Part shown: positions 17,798 through 26,904 of the stretch, piece by piece | Layout: the number at the start of each line of letters is the position of its first letter | Numbering within the stretch: the first letter of the stretch is position 1 | NCBI GenBank assembly: GCA_019683665.1 | Contig: JADGIB010000001.1 | Span: forward strand, 1 to 43,771 | DNA length: 43,771 nt | Reading direction: 5' to 3' | Source: Solirubrobacteraceae bacterium | Lineage (GTDB): Bacteria > Actinomycetota > Thermoleophilia > Solirubrobacterales > Solirubrobacteraceae | The notes under the pieces: generated by a model | Told to the model about the DNA's origin: nothing | The model's database searches: none | The model's input: the letters and a program-made list of their open reading frames with translations, nothing else | Made by a program: the position numbers and the translations under genes

Positions 17798-18909
17798 GCG
17801 GCCGCCCCCGCGCGGTCGAAGCGGGCCGGGTCGCACAGCGCCAGCAGCTCCTCGTCGGGCGCCCCGGTCAGCAGCCCGGCGACGAGGTCGCCGGTGAGCG
17901 GGGCCAGCAGCACCCCGTCGCGGCCGTGGCCGGTGGCGACGACGACGCCGTCGACCTCGCCGACGATCGGCAGCGTGTCGGGCGTCGCGGGGCGCAGGCC
18001 GGCGAGCGTCTCCTCGACGATCAGCTCGCTGATGCCGGGCACGAGCTCGAAGGCGTCGCGCAGCAGCTCGTAGACGCCGCCCGCGGTGACGTCCGTGTCG
18101 AAGCCGCGCTCCTCCATCGTCGCACCGATCACGTAGCGGCCGTCGGCGCGGGGCACGAGGTAGACGTGCGAGAAGCGCAGCGTGTGGGTGACGAGCCCCG
18201 GCCCGGACGGGTCGCGCAGCCGCACGACCTGGCCCTTGAGCGGGCGGACGGGCAGCCCGAGCAGCTCGCCGGTCCAGGCGCCGGCGGCGACGAGGACGCG
18301 GCCGGCGGCGACGGTCTCGCCGGATGCGAGCTCGACCTCCCCGGCGGCGACCCGCACGGCCGGCGCGCCCGGGCGGACGTCGTCTCCGAGGACCGCGCGC
18401 AGCCCGGCGACGACGCGGCGCGGGTCGACGGAGTGGTCGCCCGGGACCTCGAGCGCGGCGCGCAGCGTCGGCGCCAGCGCCGGCTCGCGGCGGCGCGCCT
18501 CGCTCGGGCGCAGGCGCGTGACCGGCAGGCCGAGCCGCTCGCGGTGGGCGGCCTCGCGCTCGAGCGCCTCGGCCTCGTCGCGGTCGCGGCCGAGGACGAG
18601 CGTCCCGCTCTCGCGCAGCGCCGGGTCGATCCCGGACGCCTCGCCGAGCTCGCGCGCGGCCGACGGCCAGCGGTCGGCCGCGGCCAGGCCGAGCCGCAGC
18701 GCCCGCGCGCCGTGCTCGCCGAACTGGGCCTCCGACACCGGGGCGAGCATCCCGGCGGCGACCGGCCAGGCGACGCCGTCGCGGTCGCCGGCCTCGAAGA
18801 CGGCGACGCTCAGCCCGCGCTCGCGGGCGCGCCAGGCGCAGAACAGGCCGACGATGCCGCCGCCGACGACGGCCACGTCCACCTCGGTTGGCTGCTGCGA
18901 CACGGTCAC
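17794..18909 (-). CDS. thiO: Glycine oxidase ThiO
   Basis: VVGGGIVG, VAAGMLAP, AAGAW, PLKGQ, YLVPR, GLRPATPD, TGHGRDGVLLAP. Start GTG 18909 or 18903. Confidence 0.92.
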
Positions 18910-18912
18910 GAG

Positions 18913-18997
18913 CTCTCCCTGCGCCGGCATGACCCGGATCAGGTTCTGACGGTCGGCGGCGTCGGCCGCCCTCTCAGCCCGGGTGGGCTCCCGTTGC
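18913..18997 (-). ncRNA. TPP riboswitch (THI element)
   Basis: Minus strand reads GGGAGCCCACCCGGGCTGAGAGGGCGG...CCGACCGTCAGAACCTGATCCGGGTCATGCCGGCGCAGGGAG, containing CTGAGA, ACCTGAT and GCGnAGGGA. The 3' GGGAG doubles as the thiO SD. Confidence 0.95.
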
Positions 18998-19002
18998 CTG
19001 CG

Positions 19003-19012
19003 AGTCTAGTCT
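19003..19012. promoter_or_regulatory. Overlapping back-to-back -10 boxes for the riboswitch/thiOSG (-) and thiE (+)
   Basis: AGTCTAGTCT gives TAGACT on minus (19008-19003) and TAGTCT on plus (19007-19012), 8 nt before the thiE ATG. Confidence 0.6.
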
Positions 19013-19020
19013 CCGCCGAC

Positions 19021-19647
19021 ATGGACCGCCGCGAGCGCCTGCGCACCGCCCGCCTCTACTTCATCGCCGACGCCCGTCCCGGCGGGCGTCCGCTGGCCGA
19101 CGTCCTCGGCCCGGCGCTGGAGGGCGGCGTCGACCTCTTCCAGCTGCGCGACAAGCACGCCTCCGACGACGAGATCCTCGCGGCCGCCGCGGTCGCGCGC
19201 GACCTGTGCGCCGCGCACGGGGCGCTGTTCATCGTCAACGACCGGCCCGACCTGGCCGCGGCCGCCGGCGCCGACGGCGTCCATGTCGGCCAGGACGATG
19301 CGAGCGTCGCCGAGGCCCGCGCCGCGGTCGGCCCCGGCGCGCTCGTCGGCCTCTCGACCCACAGCCCCGAGCAGATCGCCGCCGTGCCCGCCGAGGCCGA
19401 CATGATCGGCGTCGGCCCCGTCTACGCGACGCCGACGAAGGCGGGCCGCACCCCGGCCGGGCTCGGGCTCGTCGAGCACGCCGCCGGCCACGCGCGCGTG
19501 CCCTGGTTCGCGATCGGCGGGATCGACGCGCGGACGGCGCCGGAAGTCGTCGCCCGCGGCGCGACCCGGATCGCCGTCGTGCGCGCGATCGCGAACGCGC
19601 CCGACCCGCGCGCCGCCGCCGCCGGCCTGCGCCGCGCGCTGCCATGA
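19021..19647 (+). CDS. thiE: Thiamine-phosphate synthase
   Basis: LYFIAD, QLRDK, FIVNDRPDLA, GVHVGQDD, GLSTH, GPVYATPTK, AIGGID. Confidence 0.95.
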   Translation: MDRRERLRTARLYFIADARPGGRPLADVLGPALEGGVDLFQLRDKHASDDEILAAAAVARDLCAAHGALFIVNDRPDLAAAAGADGVHVGQDDASVAEARAAVGPGALVGLSTHSPEQIAAVPAEADMIGVGPVYATPTKAGRTPAGLGLVEHAAGHARVPWFAIGGIDARTAPEVVARGATRIAVVRAIANAPDPRAAAAGLRRALP

Positions 19648-20135
19648 GCGCCCCCGAGGACGAGCGCCGCGACGCGCTGGCCCGCGGCTACGCCCGCGGC
19701 CGCGCCCGCGACGAGGAGATCCGCGCCGCGCTCGTGCCGCTGGAGCGCGGCGAGCGGACGACCGCGCTCACCGTCGCCGTCGCCGTCGCCGTCCTGCTGG
19801 CGATCGGCGTCGTCGCCGGCGCGCTCACGACCGAGGACCTGCGCGAGAAGGGCGGCACGGTCCCGTTCGGGATCTTCCTGGCCGCGGTCCTGCTCGCCTG
19901 CGCGTGGGGCATGTGGCGCACGAGCTACTGGGCCGTCCTCGCCTTCGAGGCGTTCCTGTGGTTCCAGGTCGTCATGGCCGCGCTCGCGCTCGTCGTCGCC
20001 TCGAGCTGGGCGGCCGCCGCGGTCTGCGTCGCCGTCATCGGCCTCAGCGGCTGGCTGGCCTGGAAGCTCATCCGCGTGATGGCCCGCATCCAGGCCCGCG
20101 AGCGCACCCCGCCGCCCGGGGACCCGGCGCCGTAG
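19644..20135 (+). CDS. Hypothetical membrane protein (about 4 TM helices)
   Basis: ATGA overlap with thiE, strong GC3 bias, hydrophobic segments (TVAVAVAVLLAIGVVAGAL; YWAVLAFEAFL). Confidence 0.75.
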   Translation: MSAPEDERRDALARGYARGRARDEEIRAALVPLERGERTTALTVAVAVAVLLAIGVVAGALTTEDLREKGGTVPFGIFLAAVLLACAWGMWRTSYWAVLAFEAFLWFQVVMAALALVVASSWAAAAVCVAVIGLSGWLAWKLIRVMARIQARERTPPPGDPAP

Positions 20136-20173
20136 GGGCCGGCCGGGCCGCGCCTTCTAGACTCCGGCGCGCC

Positions 20174-21547
20174 ATGGCTTCCTCCTCGTTCGACACGATC
20201 GTCATCGGCTCGGGTCCCGGCGGCTACGTCGCCGCCATCCGGGCCGCCCAGCTCGGCATGAAGACCGCGGTGGTGGAGAAGGACACCATCGGCGGCCGGT
20301 GCCTGAACTACGCGTGCATCCCGGCCAAGGCGGTCCTGCGCGTGGCCGACATCGTCAGCGAGGTCCGGGAGGCCGGCGACTTCGGCGTCAAGGTCGGCGA
20401 GCCGGAGATCGACTACGGCGCGGTCATGCAGCGCCGCGAGAAGGTCATCACGACGCTGACCGGCGGCGTGGGCGGCCTGTTCAAGAAGAACAGGATCGAG
20501 CTCATCCAGGGCGAGGCGCGCCTGGCCGGGGCCGGGAAGGTCGCCGTCGGCGACGACACCTACGAGGCGAAGAACATCATCCTCGCCACCGGCTCGGTGA
20601 AGCGGCCGATCCCGGGCACGAGCTTCGGCGGGCGCGTCATCGGCACGGAGGAGGCCTGGGCGCTCAGCGAGCTGCCGCGGCGGATCGCCGTCGTCGGCGC
20701 CGGGGCGTCGGGCGCCGAGATCGCCTCCGCCTACGTGCGGCTCGGCTCGGAGGTCATGCTCTTCGAGGCGCTCGACCAGGTTCTGCCGACCGAGGACGCC
20801 GACATCTCGAAGGTCGCCGAGCGCGGGCTGAAGAAGCAGGGCATCCAGGTCTTCACCGGCACGCTCGTCAAGGACGTCCAGACCGGCGCCGACAGCGTCA
20901 CGTTCTCCTACAACGGCGAGCAGGCCGAGGTCGACTGGCTGATCATCGCCGCCGGCCGCGGCCCCGACGTCGAGGCGCTCGGCCTCGCGGAGGCCGGGGT
21001 CGAGGTCGACGAGAAGACCGGCCTCATCAAGGTCGACGGCGCCCAGCGCACGAGCGTGAAGGGCATCTGGGCGATCGGCGACATCGTCCCCGGCCCGGCG
21101 CTGGCCCACAAGGCCTCCGACGAGGGCATCATCGCCGTCGAGGACGCCGCCGGCCTGCCGACGCACCCGCTCAGCCACCCGGACATCCCGCGGGCGACGT
21201 TCTGCACGCCGAACGTCGCGAGCTTCGGCCTCACCGAGCAGCAGGCCCGCGACGCCGGCCACGACGTCGTCGTCGGCAAGCTCCAGTACGGGGCGGTCGG
21301 CGCCGGCACCGTCTACGGCGACCGCACCGGCCTCATCAAGATCGTCGGCGACCGCAAGTACGGCGAGCTGCTCGGCGGCCACATCGTCGGGGCCAAGGCG
21401 ACCGAGCTCATCCAGGAGCTCGTCAACGTCAAGGCGCTGGAGGGCGGCTACCCGGAGGTCGCCCGCATCATCCACGGCCACCCGACGCTGTCGGAGGGGG
21501 TCATGGAGGCCGCGCGTGCCGCCGACGGCTGGCTCATCCACGGGTAG
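20174..21547 (+). CDS. lpdA: Dihydrolipoyl dehydrogenase (E3)
   Basis: IGSGPGGYVAAIRAAQLG, GGRCLNYACIPAK, LAHKA, HPTLSE. TAGACT -10 at 20158-20163. Confidence 0.96.
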   Translation: MASSSFDTIVIGSGPGGYVAAIRAAQLGMKTAVVEKDTIGGRCLNYACIPAKAVLRVADIVSEVREAGDFGVKVGEPEIDYGAVMQRREKVITTLTGGVGGLFKKNRIELIQGEARLAGAGKVAVGDDTYEAKNIILATGSVKRPIPGTSFGGRVIGTEEAWALSELPRRIAVVGAGASGAEIASAYVRLGSEVMLFEALDQVLPTEDADISKVAERGLKKQGIQVFTGTLVKDVQTGADSVTFSYNGEQAEVDWLIIAAGRGPDVEALGLAEAGVEVDEKTGLIKVDGAQRTSVKGIWAIGDIVPGPALAHKASDEGIIAVEDAAGLPTHPLSHPDIPRATFCTPNVASFGLTEQQARDAGHDVVVGKLQYGAVGAGTVYGDRTGLIKIVGDRKYGELLGGHIVGAKATELIQELVNVKALEGGYPEVARIIHGHPTLSEGVMEAARAADGWLIHG

Positions 21548-22112
21548 CCCGCCCGGCCCGCGCTTCCTCTTCGACCTGGCGTCGCCGGCCTGCTGGCTGG
21601 TGGCCGAGCGCATCCTCCGGACGATGCCCGTCGCCACCGAGTGGGTGCCGGTGCACGTGCCGTCGCTGCGGGAGGGCGACGGCTTCCGCTGCGCGGCCGA
21701 GGCGGCGATCTGGCGCGCGTCGATCGAGCGGCGCGCCGCCGAGCTCGCCCTCCAGCCCGTCCGCTGGCCGCCCGAGGTGCCCTTCGACTCGGCGCTCGCG
21801 ATGCGCGCCGCCACCTACGCGAAGGGCACCGGGCGGGCGGTCGCCTTCGCGCTCGCCGCCTTCCGCCAGGCCTGGTGCGCCGGGCGGTCGCTGGCCGACC
21901 CGGACGCGGTCGCGATCGCCGGGTCCGCCTGCGAGCTGCACCCGCGCGCGCTGCTGGCCGGGGCGCAGGCGCGCGCGACCCGCGAGGCGCTCGCGCGCGC
22001 CAGCGCCGGCGTCACCGACGTCCCGGCGGTCGTGCTCGCCGGCGGCGAGACGTTCACCGGCGAGGACGCGCCCGAGCGCGCGGCCGCCGCCCTGGCCGGC
22101 GCGGGGGCCTGA
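21516..22112 (+). CDS. DsbA/2-hydroxychromene-2-carboxylate isomerase (kappa-GST)-like thioredoxin-fold protein
   Basis: FLFDLASPACWL and GVTDVPAVV...TFTGED resemble the FDF.SPY.YL and GV.GVP..F.G.D motifs. GGAGG RBS at 21505-21509 lies inside lpdA. Confidence 0.7.
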   Translation: MPPTAGSSTGSPPGPRFLFDLASPACWLVAERILRTMPVATEWVPVHVPSLREGDGFRCAAEAAIWRASIERRAAELALQPVRWPPEVPFDSALAMRAATYAKGTGRAVAFALAAFRQAWCAGRSLADPDAVAIAGSACELHPRALLAGAQARATREALARASAGVTDVPAVVLAGGETFTGEDAPERAAAALAGAGA

Positions 22113-22357
22113 TGCGCGCGAACCGGCGCCTGCGCATCCTCCACGGCCGCGGCAGCCGCCTGCCCGCCTGGCTGGCGAGCCCGGACGCGGTCGACCGCAT
22201 CGAGATCGTCGAGATCGAGACGGCCGAGACCGTCCTCTTCTGGGACCGGCCGCCCCGCGAGGCGGCGCGGATGCTGCGCGCGCTCCGGGCCGACCTCGCG
22301 CAGCTCGAGGTCGAGGACTTCCTCGCGAAGTGGTCGGCCGTGGCCCCCGAGGACTAG
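22112..22357 (+). CDS. Hypothetical protein (81 aa)
   Basis: TGATG overlap with the upstream gene, strong GC3 bias: MRANRRLRIL...DRIEIVEIETAETVLFWD...EDFLAKW. Confidence 0.7.
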   Translation: MRANRRLRILHGRGSRLPAWLASPDAVDRIEIVEIETAETVLFWDRPPREAARMLRALRADLAQLEVEDFLAKWSAVAPED

Positions 22358-22386
22358 GCCCCGCGGCGGCATCGGCCCACCACCGC

Positions 22387-22412
22387 TCAAGTCCCGCCGC
22401 CCGCCGACCGAT
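22387..22412 (+). promoter_or_regulatory. Candidate sigma-28 (FliA/WhiG)-type promoter
   Basis: TCAA(G)-N16-ACCGAT versus consensus TAAA-N15/16-GCCGAT, ending 12 nt before the ATG at 22425. Confidence 0.45.
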
Positions 22413-22424
22413 GGGGGCCGCGGG

Positions 22425-25232
22425 ATGGAGAGCTCCACCGCGCGCTTCCTGGAGCTGGTGGACGACGTGGCGCTCGTCGCGCGCTTCGACGGGACGATCG
22501 TGCACGCCAACGCGGCGGTCGCGCGGATCGCCGACCCGGGCGCGCTGCGCCGCGGGCGCCTGCGCGACCTCGTCCACCCCGACGACCACCGCCGGCTCGG
22601 CGAGACGGGGATGCGCCTCGCCGCCGGGGTCGAGCGCGAGGCCGTCCTCGAGCTGCGCGTCGGCGGGCCGCGGCGCGGCTGGCGCCCGGTCCTCGTCACC
22701 GCGGCCGCCGACCCCGCCGACGGGCTCGTCTACGCCGTCGGCCGGGACCTGACCGGCGCGCGCCGGGCCGCCGCCCGCCTGGCCGAGGCCGAGGACCGCT
22801 TCCGCGCCGCCTTCGACCACGCCGCGACCGGGATGTCGATCGTCGCGCTCGACGGGCGGATCCTGCGCGTGAACGCGGCGATGTGCGCGCTCGCCGGGCG
22901 CTCGGCGGCGGAGCTGACGACGCTGACGATCACCGGCCTCACCCACCCCGACGACCGCGACCGCACCGACGACGCGGTCCAGGCGCTGCTGCGCGGCGAC
23001 TGCCGGACGGTCATGGACGAGACGCGCCTGCTGCGCCCCGACGGGACCGTCGTCTGGGTCCTGCACTCGGCCTCGCTCGTGCGCGAGGACGGCGCGCCGC
23101 GCTACGTCATCGGCCAGGCGGTCGACATGACGCGCCGGCGGGCGGCCGAGGCGGCGCTGCGGGCCAGCGAGGAGCGCTTCCGCGCCCTCATCGCCTCGGC
23201 CCCGAACGGGGTGTGGGCGGCCGACCTCGACGGCGCCTGCACGTACGTCAACGACCGCCTGTGCGAGATCACCGGGCGCCCGGCCGAGGCGCTGCGCGGC
23301 TTCGGGTGGCTGCAGGCGCTCACGACGGGGACGCGCCCCGAGGACGGCGCCCGGGCGTTCCGGCGGGTCCTCGACGCCGGCGCGCGCGGGCACGAGCTGC
23401 CGATCGCCACCCCCGGCGGGGAGACCCGCTGGGTGCGGGCGCGCGCGAACCCGATGCGCGCGGCCGACGGCCGGCCCGTCGGGTTCGTCGGCTCGGTCGA
23501 GGACGTCACCGACGAGGTCGCCAACCGCCGCGAGCTCGCCGCCCGCGAGCGCGAGCTGCGCCTGCTCACCGAGCGCTCCGGCGACTTCCTCGCCCGCCTG
23601 GCGCCGACGCTCGAGATCCGCTTCGCCTCCCCCGCCTGCCTGCCGCTGCTCGGCTACGCCCCCGACGACCTCCGCGGCCGCCGCTTCGACGACGTCGTCC
23701 TCGGCGAGGACCGGCCCGCGCTGCACGAGGCGGTCGAGCGGCTGCGCGACCGCGAGTCGGCGACCGTCGTCGGCCGGGCCCGCCGCCGCGACGGGCGGCT
23801 CGTGTGGCTGGAGTCGACGATCGCCCCGGTCCGCGACGGCGGCGCGATCGCCGAGCTCGTCGTCGTCGCCCGCGACGTCACCGAGCGCAAGGCGGCCGAG
23901 GCGCAGCTCGCCCACCAGGCGCTGCACGACGCGCTCACCGGGCTGCCGAACCGCACGCTCTTCCTCGACCGGCTGCGCCACGCGCTCGCCCGGCGCGTCC
24001 GCGACGCCCGCGGCGTCCTCGCCGTCCTGTTCCTCGACGTCGACCGCTTCAAGGTCGTCAACGACTCGCTCGGCCACAGCGTCGGCGACCGGCTGCTCGT
24101 CGACGTCGCCGGCCGGCTCGACGGGGCGCTGCGCCCGGCGGACACCGTCGCCCGCTTCGGCGGCGACGAGTTCACCGTCCTGTGCGAGGGGATCGCCGGC
24201 GAGGCCGAGGCGCTCGCGATCGCCCAGCGGATCGTCGACCTCTTCCACGAGCCGTTCGACGTCGACGGCCGCGACGTCTACCTGTCGACGTCGGTCGGGG
24301 TCGCGCTCGCGTGCAGCACCGACCCGTCGCGGCCCGAGGACCTCATCCGCGACGCCGACGCGGCGATGTACCGGGCCAAGGAGCGCGGCAAGGCGCGCTG
24401 GGAGCTGTTCGACGCCGCGATGCGCGACCAGGCGCTGCGGCGGCTCGAGCTCGAGAACGCGCTGCGGCGGGCCGTGCGCGCGCTCGGCGACGGCGCGACC
24501 GAGGCACCCGGCGACGAGCTGCGCCTCCACCTGCAGCCGGAGATCGCCGTCGAGGGCGGCGCCGTCGTCGGCTTCGAGGCGCTCGTGCGCTGGGCGCACC
24601 CCGAGCACGGGCTGCTCAGCCCGGCCGAGTTCGTGCCGCTGGCCGAGGAGACCGGGCTCATCGTCCCGATCGGCGAGTGGGTCCTGCGCCGGGCCTGCAC
24701 CGAGGCGGCGGCCTGGGACGCGCGCGGCCTGACGATCTCGGTCAACGTCTCCGCCCGCCAGCTCGTCGACCCCGGCTTCGTCGACGTCGTCGGCGGGATC
24801 CTGCGGGCGACCGGGCTGCGGCCGCCGTCGCTGTGCCTGGAGCTGACCGAGTCGGCGGTCATCGAGAGCGGCGCGACGACGCTGTCGACGCTGAACGGGC
24901 TCAAGCGCCTGGGGGTGAAGCTCGCGATCGACGACTTCGGGACCGGCTGGTCGTCGCTCGGCCACCTGCGCCGGTTCCCGCTCGACGCCGTCAAGCTCGA
25001 CCGCTCGTTCGTCAGCGGCCTGGACCGGGAGCCGCAGGACGTGTCGATCGCCGCGGCGATCATCTCGCTCGCCCACGCGCTCGGCCTGTCGACCGTGGCC
25101 GAGGGGATCGAGACCGACCAGCAGCTCGCGGTCCTCGCGACGCTCGGCTGCGACCTCGGCCAGGGGTACCTGTTCGCGCCCCCGGGCCCGCTGGAGGCGT
25201 TCGCCGACGTCCTCGGCGGCGCCGAGGCGTAG
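22425..25232 (+). CDS. Multi-PAS diguanylate cyclase/phosphodiesterase (PAS x4-GGDEF-EAL)
   Basis: Repeated PAS/PAC units (HPDD, DVTERK), HDALTGLPNR, ARFGGDEF, GFEALVRW, LELTES, IDDFGTG, VKLDRSFV, VAEGIE, QGYLF. Confidence 0.94.
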   Translation: MESSTARFLELVDDVALVARFDGTIVHANAAVARIADPGALRRGRLRDLVHPDDHRRLGETGMRLAAGVEREAVLELRVGGPRRGWRPVLVTAAADPADGLVYAVGRDLTGARRAAARLAEAEDRFRAAFDHAATGMSIVALDGRILRVNAAMCALAGRSAAELTTLTITGLTHPDDRDRTDDAVQALLRGDCRTVMDETRLLRPDGTVVWVLHSASLVREDGAPRYVIGQAVDMTRRRAAEAALRASEERFRALIASAPNGVWAADLDGACTYVNDRLCEITGRPAEALRGFGWLQALTTGTRPEDGARAFRRVLDAGARGHELPIATPGGETRWVRARANPMRAADGRPVGFVGSVEDVTDEVANRRELAARERELRLLTERSGDFLARLAPTLEIRFASPACLPLLGYAPDDLRGRRFDDVVLGEDRPALHEAVERLRDRESATVVGRARRRDGRLVWLESTIAPVRDGGAIAELVVVARDVTERKAAEAQLAHQALHDALTGLPNRTLFLDRLRHALARRVRDARGVLAVLFLDVDRFKVVNDSLGHSVGDRLLVDVAGRLDGALRPADTVARFGGDEFTVLCEGIAGEAEALAIAQRIVDLFHEPFDVDGRDVYLSTSVGVALACSTDPSRPEDLIRDADAAMYRAKERGKARWELFDAAMRDQALRRLELENALRRAVRALGDGATEAPGDELRLHLQPEIAVEGGAVVGFEALVRWAHPEHGLLSPAEFVPLAEETGLIVPIGEWVLRRACTEAAAWDARGLTISVNVSARQLVDPGFVDVVGGILRATGLRPPSLCLELTESAVIESGATTLSTLNGLKRLGVKLAIDDFGTGWSSLGHLRRFPLDAVKLDRSFVSGLDREPQDVSIAAAIISLAHALGLSTVAEGIETDQQLAVLATLGCDLGQGYLFAPPGPLEAFADVLGGAEA

Positions 25233-25261
25233 CGCGCGGCCGTGTGGCACCCTGGCGGGCC

Positions 25262-26134
25262 GTGACGGCCGAGGCGGGGGAGCTGCCCGAGGCGCTGGCG
25301 GCGGTGCTGGCGCTGCTGCGCTGCCCGCACTGCGCCGGCCCGCTGGGCCCCGGCGGCGGGCGGGTCGTCCGCTGCCCGGCCGGCCACGCCTTCGACGTCG
25401 CCCGCCAGGGCCACCTGAGCCTGCTGGCGGGGCGGCGGGCGCCGGCCGGGGACACGGCGGCGATGGTCGCCGCCCGCGAGCGGGTCCTGGCCGGCGGGCA
25501 CTTCGAGCCGCTGTCGGCCGCGGTCGCCGCCGCGGTCGCCGCCGCGGCCGCCGAGGGCGGCGCGGGCGCGATCGTCGAGGTCGGGGCCGGGACCGCCCAC
25601 CACCTCGCCCGCGCCCTGGAGCGCGCGCCGGAGCGCCGCGGGATCGCCCTGGACGTGTCGCGCCCGGCGCTGCGGCGGGCGGCGCGGGCCCACCCGCGGG
25701 CGGCCGCCGTCGGCGCCGACGCGTGGCGGCCGCTGCCGCTGCGCGACGGGGTCGCCGGGGCCGTCCTCTGCGTCTTCGCCCCGCGCCACGGGCCGGAGCT
25801 GCACCGGGTCCTCGCGCCCGGCGGCGTCCTCGTCGTCGCCACCCCCGAGCCCGGCCACCTCGCCGAGCTGCGCGGCGCGCTCGGCCTGCTCGACGTCGAC
25901 CCGCGCAAGCCCCAGCGGCTGGCGCGGCGGCTCGGCGACGGGTTCGCGCCGCGGTCGAGCGCCCGCGTGGCGTGGACGATGCGCCTCGACCGCGAGGCGC
26001 AGGTGGCGCTGGCGGCGATGGGGCCGAGCGCGTTCCACGTGGAGGCGGCGGAGCTGGAGCGCCGCGCCGCCGCGCTCCCGGCGCGGCTCGACGTCACCGC
26101 GGCGGTGACCGTCGCCGTCTACGACCGGCGCTGA
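25262..26134 (+). CDS. 23S rRNA m1G methyltransferase RlmA/MyrA-like (zinc finger plus SAM domain)
   Basis: LRCPHC...RCPAGHAFDVARQGHLSLL, GDTAAMVAARE, EVGAGT, LDVS, VFAPR. Confidence 0.85.
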   Translation: MTAEAGELPEALAAVLALLRCPHCAGPLGPGGGRVVRCPAGHAFDVARQGHLSLLAGRRAPAGDTAAMVAARERVLAGGHFEPLSAAVAAAVAAAAAEGGAGAIVEVGAGTAHHLARALERAPERRGIALDVSRPALRRAARAHPRAAAVGADAWRPLPLRDGVAGAVLCVFAPRHGPELHRVLAPGGVLVVATPEPGHLAELRGALGLLDVDPRKPQRLARRLGDGFAPRSSARVAWTMRLDREAQVALAAMGPSAFHVEAAELERRAAALPARLDVTAAVTVAVYDRR

Positions 26135-26138
26135 CGGC

Positions 26139-26735
26139 TCAGGGGCCCGGCCGGAACGTCGAGTTCGGGGCCGGGTTCGGGTCGCGCCGCACCCCCGGCG
26201 GCGACTGGCTCGTGTCGACGAACAGGCACAGCGCCCGCTCGGGGTCGTCGCCCGGCACGCACGTCCGGTACAGGTCCTCGCCGAACGGGAGCGTGTCGAG
26301 CCGGTCGAGGTGGCGGCGGTGGCGGCGCACCTCCGGCGCGGGGCTGTGCCCGACCCAGCGACGCACGGTCGCCGCCTGCAGGGCCAGCTCCTCGCGCTCG
26401 GCGGCGAGCCGCTCGCGGTGGCCGATCCCGATCGCGACGAGGAGCGCGGTCGTCGCCGCGAGCGCGATCGTGCCGCCCCGGTCGGCGGCGACGACCCGCG
26501 GCAGGTCCGGCCGCAGGCGGCGCACGACGAGCCCGCCGACGGTCCCGCCGACCGCGACGGCGACGACGTTGAAGAAGAGCGCGAGGACGACGGCGGCGAA
26601 CCAGTCGGGCCCGGCGCCGGCGATCGGCAGCTCGTGCAGGAGCGCCGCGTCGGCCACCAGCAGGACCCCGAAGAGGGGCCACTGCCAGGCGCCGCGCAGC
26701 CGCCAGCGCAGGCGGGTGAGCGAGGCGCGCTCCAT
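26139..26735 (-). CDS. Hypothetical membrane protein
   Basis: MERASLTRLRWRLRGAWQWP..., about 3 TM helices and a C-terminal C-x9-C domain. Leaderless TACCCT-N8-ATG. Confidence 0.7.
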   Translation of the reverse strand: MERASLTRLRWRLRGAWQWPLFGVLLVADAALLHELPIAGAGPDWFAAVVLALFFNVVAVAVGGTVGGLVVRRLRPDLPRVVAADRGGTIALAATTALLVAIGIGHRERLAAEREELALQAATVRRWVGHSPAPEVRRHRRHLDRLDTLPFGEDLYRTCVPGDDPERALCLFVDTSQSPPGVRRDPNPAPNSTFRPGP

Positions 26736-26904
26736 GCCCGTCGAGGGTACGCCTCCCGTCACGGACCCGACACCCGGGGGGTGGGCGGCGCGGGATCCAC
26801 GGGTAGACTGCCCCGCGAACCCGGCGCGGAGCGCGGAGATCCCGCGGCCTGCGCATGAACGGCGCCGGACGGAGATCCCGATTCCGGCACGACCAGGGAG
26901 AACG

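Noticed and set aside
25262-26134. rlmA/myrA-like gene as an acquired macrolide-resistance determinant
   Set aside because: Codon usage matches the host, no mobile element is nearby, and housekeeping homologues are common in Actinobacteria.
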